A stretch of 38,587 nt of DNA from Erysipelotrichaceae bacterium (GTDB lineage Bacteria > Bacillota_I > Bacilli_A > Erysipelotrichales > Erysipelotrichaceae): NCBI GenBank assembly GCA_044432885.1, contig JAWXUG010000002.1, positions 1 through 38,587 of the forward strand, read 5' to 3'. Below, one piece after another: positions 16,694 to 24,012 of this stretch. Under the pieces are notes generated by a model. That model saw nothing but the letters and a program-made list of their open reading frames with translations. It did not search any database and was not told where the DNA came from. The position numbers were made by a program, and so were the translations under genes. The first letter of the stretch is position 1. Each line of letters begins with the position of its first letter.

Positions 16694-17867
16694 AGTTCAT
16701 GTGGATTGTTACTACAAATCGTTGCATAAACATCATGAAGAATTATGTGGGGACAAGGTAGAAGTCAGACACAATGATGAATTCTATTTAATGGTCTTAG
16801 CAGATGGGCTAGGGAGTGGTGTGAAAGCCAATATATTATCAACCCTTACAAGCACCATTATTAGTGAAATGATGATAGAGGGTTGTAGCATAGAAGAAGT
16901 AGTTGAAACCATTACTGCAACCTTACCAGAGTGTAAAGAGCGAAAGGTGGCATATTCTACCTTCACAATATTGCAAGTCTACTATACGGGCTATGCAAGA
17001 GTTGTAGAGTTTGATAATCCAAGTGCTATCATTTTACGTAATCATCAAGAAGTCAAACTTGAAAAAACCGTAAAAATGTACCAGCAAAGAAATATAAGTG
17101 AAGCTACTTTTGAGGTAAGACCTAATGATTATATAGTGTTTTTCTCAGATGGTATTATTCATGCAGGACTTGGCACTGTTTTAAATCTTGGATGGGAACA
17201 TGAAAATGTCGTGGAACATTTATTAGCTTATTACAAAGAAGAGGATACAGCTAATCAAGTCAATGATTTACTACTTTGTTGTGTCAATGATTTATATGGT
17301 GGAAAGTGTGGCGATGATTCCACAGTCTGCGTGGCACGGATTATTCCACAAACAGAAACAAGGGTGATGGTAGGACCGCCCATTTCACCAGAGGATGATG
17401 AGGTGGTGGTAGATAAATTAATGAAAGCCACAGGAAAGAAGATATGTTGTGGAGGAACGACGAGTAATATTGTTTCTCGAATCTTAAATCGTGTGATAGA
17501 TATGGATACATTAGACAGTATTGTCAATGATGTACCCCCTATTGCAAAAATCCAAGGGTTGGATTTAGTAAGTGAAGGGGTCCTAACTTTAACAAAGGTC
17601 AATGAACATCTAAAAGAGTGTGTAAATGATCGAGAATATTATGAAAATATGATGCATTCCAAACAAAAAGATGGCGCAAGTTTAATGTCTAAGATGTTAA
17701 TAAAAGAGTGCACAAAAATTGTATTTATGGTTGGAAGAAGTGATAACCCAGCACATAGTCAATTTGCTTATTCAACTATTTCTTTGAGTGCTAAATTAAG
17801 ATTGATACAATCCATTCAATCTAGCTTACACAAACTTGGAAAAATAGTCGAGATAGAACACTATTAA
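16680..17867 (+). CDS. PP2C/SpoIIE-family serine phosphatase with an uncharacterised C-terminal domain (HfsC-like)
   Basis: Motifs are VLADGLGSGVKANILS and FFSDGIIHAG. It overlaps hydS by 14 nt. Confidence 0.75.
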   Translation: MSTNKVHVDCYYKSLHKHHEELCGDKVEVRHNDEFYLMVLADGLGSGVKANILSTLTSTIISEMMIEGCSIEEVVETITATLPECKERKVAYSTFTILQVYYTGYARVVEFDNPSAIILRNHQEVKLEKTVKMYQQRNISEATFEVRPNDYIVFFSDGIIHAGLGTVLNLGWEHENVVEHLLAYYKEEDTANQVNDLLLCCVNDLYGGKCGDDSTVCVARIIPQTETRVMVGPPISPEDDEVVVDKLMKATGKKICCGGTTSNIVSRILNRVIDMDTLDSIVNDVPPIAKIQGLDLVSEGVLTLTKVNEHLKECVNDREYYENMMHSKQKDGASLMSKMLIKECTKIVFMVGRSDNPAHSQFAYSTISLSAKLRLIQSIQSSLHKLGKIVEIEHY

Positions 17868-17879
17868 AAGGAGGAAAAC

Positions 17880-18371
17880 ATGGAAAAATTAAATCAAAAT
17901 GCTTTAGAAAAAATTGATGAAATTGTAAAAAAACATCAATCAAAAAAAGGGCCAGTTAAATTGATGTTGCATGATGTACAACATGATTTAGGCTACATTC
18001 CATTTGTAGCGATGGAAAAAATTGCAGAAGCTTGTAAGGTTTCAGTAGCAGAAGTATATGGAGTCGTGACTTTTTATACTCAGTTTACAACAGAGCCAAA
18101 AGGAAAACATGTTGTCAATGTCTGTATGGGGACAGCATGCTATGTCAAAGGCTCTAAAGCGCTGTTAGAACGTATACAGGATCTAACAAAGTCGCCTGTA
18201 AATGGCACGAGTGAAGACGGCTTATTTAGTCTTGATGCAACAAGATGTCTTGGTGCTTGTGGATTGGCACCAATCGCAATTGTAGATGATAAAGTATATG
18301 GGAATGCCCTTGAATCATCCGTTTTAGAAGATTTAATCGTTGAAATTATTGCAAGAGAGCATGCTCAATGA
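17880..18371 (+). CDS. hydC: NuoE-like [2Fe-2S] subunit of NAD(P)H-dependent/bifurcating [FeFe]-hydrogenase (HydC)
   Basis: The NuoE motif is VNVCMGTACYVKGS...RCLGACGLAP. A strong AAAGGAGG SD is present. Confidence 0.85.
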   Translation: MEKLNQNALEKIDEIVKKHQSKKGPVKLMLHDVQHDLGYIPFVAMEKIAEACKVSVAEVYGVVTFYTQFTTEPKGKHVVNVCMGTACYVKGSKALLERIQDLTKSPVNGTSEDGLFSLDATRCLGACGLAPIAIVDDKVYGNALESSVLEDLIVEIIAREHAQ

Positions 18372-18730
18372 TGAAAGCTAAAACAATCATTGAATCACTT
18401 AATGGTAATCTTTTTCACCAATACGATAGCGCTTTATTAGAAAAAGAGTATCAATATGTATTTGCAAGTGATTTAATGTCAGATGCCTTAGCAATGATAC
18501 AAGAACATCCTGAAACTACAGTTTTATTAACAGGTTTATGTAATGCTCAATCATTGCGAAGTGCAGAAATGCTTGATGTAGATTTAGTCATCTATGTTCG
18601 TGGAAAAAAATTACAAGAGGTCGATTTTACGGATTTTTCAATCAATATTTATGGTACCGATTTAACGATGTTTGAAGCTTGTGGGAAACTGTATCAATTA
18701 GGACTAAAGGCGCCTATACAAGATGTATAA
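18368..18730 (+). CDS. DRTGG-domain-like protein (function unknown)
   Basis: 120 aa. The pattern ASDLMSDALA...TVLLTGLCNAQSLRSAEMLDVDLVIYVRGKK...TMFEACGKLYQLGL resembles DRTGG proteins found in hydrogenase loci. ATGA overlap with hydC. Confidence 0.5.
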   Translation: MMKAKTIIESLNGNLFHQYDSALLEKEYQYVFASDLMSDALAMIQEHPETTVLLTGLCNAQSLRSAEMLDVDLVIYVRGKKLQEVDFTDFSINIYGTDLTMFEACGKLYQLGLKAPIQDV

Positions 18731-19136
18731 ACAAACCTATTTGATTGAAAAAGATGACTATAATAATGCTGGGAAAATATCCAGTCAACTGAAACAAACA
18801 TTTAAACAATTAGGATTTGAAGCACCTTTAATTCGTAGAATGGCTGTTGCGAGTTATGAAGCTGAAATCAATATGATTATTCATTCTCTAGGGGGTGAAA
18901 TTAGTGTGTTGATCAATGAAGAAAAGGTAATCTTATCTTTTAATGATAAGGGTCCTGGTATTGTTGATATTGAAAAAGCATTGACAGCAGGTTATTCCAC
19001 TGCAAGTAGTAAAGCCAGAGAATTTGGCTTTGGGGCAGGGATGGGACTACCAAATATAAAACGGGTGTCTGATGAATTTTCGATAACAAGCAGTCCAGAG
19101 GGAACCTTACTTGAGATTGGATTTAACGTAAGTTGA
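18723..19136 (+). CDS. anti-sigma-factor-like serine kinase / GHKL ATPase (RsbW/SpoIIAB-like, HATPase_c_2)
   Basis: N-box EAEINMIIH, G1 NDKGPGI and G2 GFGAGMGLPN, in a 137-aa single-domain protein. Confidence 0.7.
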   Translation: MYKQTYLIEKDDYNNAGKISSQLKQTFKQLGFEAPLIRRMAVASYEAEINMIIHSLGGEISVLINEEKVILSFNDKGPGIVDIEKALTAGYSTASSKAREFGFGAGMGLPNIKRVSDEFSITSSPEGTLLEIGFNVS

Positions 19137-20323
19137 AAAGTTTAATACGTTATACCCTTGATCATTGTAATAAATGTTTAAAATGTTTACATCAGTGTCC
19201 AACACAAGCCATTTCAATTATTGAAGACCGTGTAATAATTAACAACGATAACTGTATTCATTGTGGTAAATGCATCGATCAATGCCTTACAAGAGGGTTA
19301 AAAGAAACATCTAGTAGACTCGAAAGTATCCAACAATACGACTTTACGGTTGCGCTTGTACCAACCGCAATCTTTGGAAGTTGTAAAAATAATCAGGAAG
19401 TTTATCAACTGATACAAGCGATTTTATCTCTTGGATTTAGTGAGGTAGAAGTCATTGATAAAATAGAGACAAGTTGTAGTGAGTATGTCATTCAACAAGC
19501 CCATACAAGTGAACAGACGATTATCTCTAGCAACTGTCCTGTAGCAAATAATTTGATTAGATTACGCTATCCAATGTTGGTAGAACACTTATCAAAAGTA
19601 GATTATCCAAGCGAGGTAGCTGCACGTTATGTACGCGATAAGTATAAAGAGAAAGCTCATTTAGGAATCTTTTACTTAGCAGAATGTGTTGGGAAGTTAG
19701 CTTTAGCGAAGTATCCACTTGAACATTTAAATTATGAAGTGGATCATGCGATAGCACTTTCAGTCTTGTTTCCAATATTAAATAAAAATTTGAAACCAGT
19801 TGATCATCATGAGTATCCGTTATCTTATCAAGCATTAAGAAAGACAATGGGTAAATCATTAGATCAACCCGGTTACTTAAATGTAGATGGTATAGAAAAA
19901 ATACAACATGTATTAGAATTAGAAGAATTTGATTTAATTGATAACATCCATTATCTCAATTTGAAAACTTGTTTCAATGGGTGTGTGGGAGGCAACTTGT
20001 TATGGGGGAACCCATACAATGGCAAAAATAATATTAAACAACTTCTTAAACAAGCCCATCATGAGTCGATTGAAATAGATGAAAGATGGTTAATGAGAAA
20101 AGAGGAAGAGAATCCTCGAAAAAGCACAAAAGACTTTAAAAAAAGATTAGATTATTTTACAAAAATGAACCAACAACTTCAACAGCTACCAGAATATGAT
20201 TGTGGGGCTTGTGGATATCCGTCATGCCGTATTATGGCAGAAAAAATACTAGAAGGAAAACATCAATTAGAAGATTGTTTGGTTTTATCTTCAAAGAAAA
20301 GAGGTCAATATGAAAATAAGTGA
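19133..20323 (+). CDS. second HydS-like [FeFe]-hydrogenase homolog without a PAS domain (2x[4Fe-4S], divergent H-domain, C-terminal 4-Cys FeS domain)
   Basis: TTG start overlapping the preceding stop. Ferredoxin motifs are CNKCLKCLHQCP and CIHCGKCIDQC. H-domain motifs are SSNCP, LAECVGK and KTCFNGCVGG. The C-terminal motif is CGACGYPSCRIMAEK...C. Confidence 0.7.
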   Translation: MKSLIRYTLDHCNKCLKCLHQCPTQAISIIEDRVIINNDNCIHCGKCIDQCLTRGLKETSSRLESIQQYDFTVALVPTAIFGSCKNNQEVYQLIQAILSLGFSEVEVIDKIETSCSEYVIQQAHTSEQTIISSNCPVANNLIRLRYPMLVEHLSKVDYPSEVAARYVRDKYKEKAHLGIFYLAECVGKLALAKYPLEHLNYEVDHAIALSVLFPILNKNLKPVDHHEYPLSYQALRKTMGKSLDQPGYLNVDGIEKIQHVLELEEFDLIDNIHYLNLKTCFNGCVGGNLLWGNPYNGKNNIKQLLKQAHHESIEIDERWLMRKEEENPRKSTKDFKKRLDYFTKMNQQLQQLPEYDCGACGYPSCRIMAEKILEGKHQLEDCLVLSSKKRGQYENK

Positions 20324-20636
20324 AATCATTAAAGACACAGATTGGAAAGTTTATGGAGAGGCACTTGAACAAGAGGTTGAAGGCGTTTTTGTGAGTGATT
20401 TATTAAGCTGGGTAATTGGACATGGTGAGGAAAATCAAGCCTGGGTTACCATGCAAACGCATCTCAATGTATTAGCAGTAGCAGCTTTAAAAGAATTTAG
20501 TTGTATCATTGTAACACATGATGCGCCGATTAGTGAGGAAGTGCAAAAGGAAGCTATTGAAAAAAATATCATGATGCTACAAACATCCCTTACTTCATAT
20601 GAGGCTTGTAAATATCTTGTAAGTAAAGGCCTATAA
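20310..20636 (+). CDS. DRTGG-domain-like protein, paralog of 18368..18730
   Basis: FVSDLLSWVIG...NVLAVAALKEFSCIIVTHDAPISEEV...TSYEACKYLVSKGL aligns by eye to the first DRTGG-like ORF. It overlaps the upstream gene by 14 nt. Confidence 0.5.
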   Translation: MKISEIIKDTDWKVYGEALEQEVEGVFVSDLLSWVIGHGEENQAWVTMQTHLNVLAVAALKEFSCIIVTHDAPISEEVQKEAIEKNIMMLQTSLTSYEACKYLVSKGL

Positions 20637-21317
20637 ATGAAATATGATTTACATATTCATTCATGTTTGTCCCCTTGTAGTGAGGATGAAATGAGTATAA
20701 ATAATATGATCAATATGGCACTCATTAAAGAGTTAGATTTAATCAGTGTGACCGATCATAATTGTATGAAGAATCAAAAAGTAATTGCGAAAGTGGCAAG
20801 AGAAAAAGGCTTAAGATATTTATATGGTGTAGAGGTTCAAACAAGTGAAGATGTACATGTATTATGTTATTTCAAAAAAGAAGAGTATGTAGATAAGATG
20901 CAAACTTATCTTGATACACACCTTCCTAAAATAAAAAACAATACCCAGTTTTTTGGACACCAATATTGTATGAATGAATATGATGAGGTGATTGAAGAGT
21001 ATCCTTGGCTATTATTAAATTCGTTGGATGTAAGCTTAAGTGAATTGGTTCATTTTGTGCATCAAAATGAAGGACATGTGGTTCTTGCTCACATCTATAA
21101 GCTATCTAATGGTATCATTCATCATCTAGGATTTATTCCAAAAGAATTGGCCTTTGATGGTGTTGAATTAAAATCCAAAGATGAGGAAAAACAACTTTAT
21201 CAAAGTCACCCATGGATGAGCAATATTGAGGTTTATTATAATTCTGATGCCCATCAGCTTATTGATATACAAGAGGCAATACATACTTTGGAAAAAGGAG
21301 GATGGTTTTATGAATGA
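20637..21317 (+). CDS. PHP-domain metal-dependent phosphoesterase
   Basis: MKYDLHIHSCLSPCS...ISVTDHN...VLAHIY...NSDAH carries the His/Asp pattern of the PHP family. Confidence 0.75.
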   Translation: MKYDLHIHSCLSPCSEDEMSINNMINMALIKELDLISVTDHNCMKNQKVIAKVAREKGLRYLYGVEVQTSEDVHVLCYFKKEEYVDKMQTYLDTHLPKIKNNTQFFGHQYCMNEYDEVIEEYPWLLLNSLDVSLSELVHFVHQNEGHVVLAHIYKLSNGIIHHLGFIPKELAFDGVELKSKDEEKQLYQSHPWMSNIEVYYNSDAHQLIDIQEAIHTLEKGGWFYE

Positions 21318-21840
21318 TCTAGCTGCTACCGTACTTGATATTGCTTCAAATGGTGTACGAGCGAATGCATCCATTATTCAAATTTCAATTCATGAAAGTA
21401 AGCAATATGATTTTTTTAGATTAATCATACAAGATAATGGGAAAGGGATGGATGAAGAAACGATCAATCAGGCATTAAATCCATTTTATTCTACAAGAAC
21501 TACCCGATCTATTGGTATGGGATTACCTTTATTAAATGATTTGGCAAAAGGGTGTAATGGATCCTTAAATATAGATTCTAAAGTAGGAGTATTTACTAAG
21601 GTCTTGTTGGAAATCCAAAGAAGCCATATTGATGTGCCACCAATGGGTGATATAGGAGAAGCAATCATGATTTTAATACAATCCAATGATCGCATTCATT
21701 ATATATTCAACTATCAAAATGACGAAGAATCGTATCAATTAGATACCAATGAAGTTAAAGAAGTATTAGAAACAGATTCATTAAATGACTATATGATTTT
21801 AAATTGGATTAAAGAGAATGTTAATCACAATTTTAAATAA
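21310..21840 (+). CDS. stand-alone histidine-kinase-like (GHKL) ATPase domain protein
   Basis: N-box DIASNGVRANAS, G1 IQDNGKGMDEE and G2 TRSIGMGLPLL. The start is set at ATG 21310 (ATGAATGA overlap with the PHP gene) rather than the track start at 21226. Confidence 0.7.
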   Translation: MNDLAATVLDIASNGVRANASIIQISIHESKQYDFFRLIIQDNGKGMDEETINQALNPFYSTRTTRSIGMGLPLLNDLAKGCNGSLNIDSKVGVFTKVLLEIQRSHIDVPPMGDIGEAIMILIQSNDRIHYIFNYQNDEESYQLDTNEVKEVLETDSLNDYMILNWIKENVNHNFK

Positions 21841-21849
21841 GGAGGAATT

Positions 21850-22209
21850 ATGAAATCATTAGACGAATTAAAAAAAATGCGTGATGAAGCACGCAAAAAA
21901 ATGGACATGAGAGATAGTGAAAAAGACTATCGCGTGGTAGTTGGTATGGCTACTTGTGGGATTGCTGCAGGAGCACGTGAAGTCTTAACTGCCTTAATGA
22001 AGGAAACAAGTGAACGTGAGTATTCATGTGTAGTGACACAAACAGGATGTATTGGAATGTGCACCCTTGAGCCAATTGTAGAAATTTTTGACAAAGAAGG
22101 AAACAAAACGACTTACATCCAAGTAAATGCTGAAAAGGCGAGAGAAATCCTTCATGAACATGTTAAGAATCATCATATTATTGCGGAATACACCGCTGTT
22201 GTGAGGTAG
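21850..22209 (+). CDS. thioredoxin-like (2Fe-2S) ferredoxin-fold small subunit (HydD-like)
   Basis: VVVGMATCGIAAGA...TGCIGMCTLEPIV, with an AGGAGG SD. Its position immediately upstream of hydB matches tetrameric HydABCD loci. Confidence 0.6.
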   Translation: MKSLDELKKMRDEARKKMDMRDSEKDYRVVVGMATCGIAAGAREVLTALMKETSEREYSCVVTQTGCIGMCTLEPIVEIFDKEGNKTTYIQVNAEKAREILHEHVKNHHIIAEYTAVVR

Positions 22210-22212
22210 ACT

Positions 22213-24009
22213 ATGGAAAGAATTCATATTCTAGTATGTGCCGGTACTGGCTGTAATTCTTCTTCAAGTCTTGAGATTTACTACCGACTACAAAAAGAAA
22301 TAGAAGCAATGAAGCTTGATTCAGAAGTTAAAATTATTAAGACAGGGTGCTTTGGTCTTTGTCAAAAAGGACCGATTGTAGCCATTTATCCAGATAAGGT
22401 ATTCTATTGTCATGTGAGTGTTGATGATGTCAAAGAAATTGTAAGTGAACATATCTATAAAGGTAGAGTGGTTCAACATCTTCAATTAACGGATGTGGAT
22501 GAAGCGACAAAAGAGAAGATCTTTGATATTGATTCGATTCGTTTTTATGCTAAACAAAAAAGAGTAGCCTTAAAAAACTGTGGTTTAATTAATCCTGAAG
22601 ATATTGATGAATATATCGCACAAGATGGCTATCAAGGTTTAGGGAAGGCCATTAGTGAAATGACGCCTAAAGATGTCATTGAAGAAATGAAGACATCAGG
22701 ATTAAGAGGACGCGGAGGCGGAGGCTTTTTAACTGGATTAAAATGGCAATTCGCTTATGCTCAGAATTCGGATGAAAAATATGTAATTTGTAATGCAGAT
22801 GAAGGGGATCCTGGAGCATTTATGGATCGAAGCATCTTAGAGGGAGATCCACATAGTGTAATTGAGGCGATGGCAATTGCTGCTTATGCTATTGGTGCGA
22901 ATCATGGGTATATTTATATTCGAGCAGAATATCCAATTGCTGTAGAAAGACTTGAAATCGCAATGAAGCAAGCGCGTGAGTATGGTTTGCTTGGAGATAA
23001 TATCTTAGGATGTGGGTTTAATTTTGATTTAGAAATTAGGCTAGGTGCAGGTGCCTTTGTATGTGGTGAAGAAACAGCTCTAATTGCTTCTATTGAAGGG
23101 AAGCGTGGAATGCCTGTAGTAAAACCACCATTCCCTGCAGTAAGTGGGGTATGGGGAAAACCTACCATCATTAATAATGTTGAAACGCTAGCGAATATTC
23201 CACAAATTATGTTAAAAGGTGCTGATTGGTTCAAAAGTATGGGAACAGAAAATTCAAGTGGCACAAAAGTATTTGCACTTGGTGGTAAGATTGTTAATAC
23301 CGGCTTAGTAGAAGTGCCTATGGGGATTACTTTAAGAGAGGTCATCTATGATATAGGTGGCGGTATTCCTAATGGTAAAAAATTTAAAGCAGTTCAAACA
23401 GGGGGGCCAAGTGGTGGATGTTTGACAGAAGAACATTTAGATACTCCGATTGATTTTGATAACTTGGTAGCATTAGGCTCAATGATGGGTAGTGGCGGTA
23501 TGATCATCTTAGATGAAGATAATTGTATGGTCGATGTTGCAAGATTTTATATGGATTTTATAGTCGATGAATCTTGTGGAAAGTGTAGCCCATGTCGTAT
23601 CGGAACAAAGAGAATGTTGGAATTATTAACAGATCTTTGTGAAGGTAGAGGAAGCATGGAAACCATTGAAGAGTTAGAAAGATTAGCTGGAACAATTAAA
23701 GATACAGCCTTATGTGGATTAGGGCAAACAGCACCAAATCCTGTCTTGTCTACGTTACGTTTATTTAAAGATGAATATCTAGCACATGCGATAGATCACA
23801 AGTGTCCATCACAGGTATGTAAACATCTACTAGAATATTCTATTGATCCTGAAATATGTCGCAAATGTAGCTTATGTGCGAAACAATGTCCAGTAGGAGC
23901 TATTAGTGGGGTTCCGGGTAAAGAGCCTTATGTAATTGATACAACTAAGTGTATTAAGTGTGGTGCGTGTATGGCTTCATGTCGTTTCAGCGCAATAGAA
24001 AGAAGGTAG
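22213..24009 (+). CDS. hydB: NuoF-like NAD(P)H-binding flavoprotein subunit of [FeFe]-hydrogenase (HydB)
   Basis: N-terminal 2Fe-2S motif (CAGTGC...CFGLC). The FMN/NADH site is GRGGGGFLTGLKW. The NuoF cluster is CGKCSPCR...C. The C-terminus has 2x[4Fe-4S], CRKCSLCAKQCP and CIKCGACMASC. Confidence 0.9.
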   Translation: MERIHILVCAGTGCNSSSSLEIYYRLQKEIEAMKLDSEVKIIKTGCFGLCQKGPIVAIYPDKVFYCHVSVDDVKEIVSEHIYKGRVVQHLQLTDVDEATKEKIFDIDSIRFYAKQKRVALKNCGLINPEDIDEYIAQDGYQGLGKAISEMTPKDVIEEMKTSGLRGRGGGGFLTGLKWQFAYAQNSDEKYVICNADEGDPGAFMDRSILEGDPHSVIEAMAIAAYAIGANHGYIYIRAEYPIAVERLEIAMKQAREYGLLGDNILGCGFNFDLEIRLGAGAFVCGEETALIASIEGKRGMPVVKPPFPAVSGVWGKPTIINNVETLANIPQIMLKGADWFKSMGTENSSGTKVFALGGKIVNTGLVEVPMGITLREVIYDIGGGIPNGKKFKAVQTGGPSGGCLTEEHLDTPIDFDNLVALGSMMGSGGMIILDEDNCMVDVARFYMDFIVDESCGKCSPCRIGTKRMLELLTDLCEGRGSMETIEELERLAGTIKDTALCGLGQTAPNPVLSTLRLFKDEYLAHAIDHKCPSQVCKHLLEYSIDPEICRKCSLCAKQCPVGAISGVPGKEPYVIDTTKCIKCGACMASCRFSAIERR

Positions 24010-24012
24010 AAA

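Noticed and set aside
21226-21309. N-terminal extension of the GHKL ATPase ORF (MRFIIILMPISLLIYKRQ...)
   Set aside because: It overlaps the end of the PHP gene in another frame and has no SD. ATG 21310 gives the ATGAATGA coupling typical of this operon.
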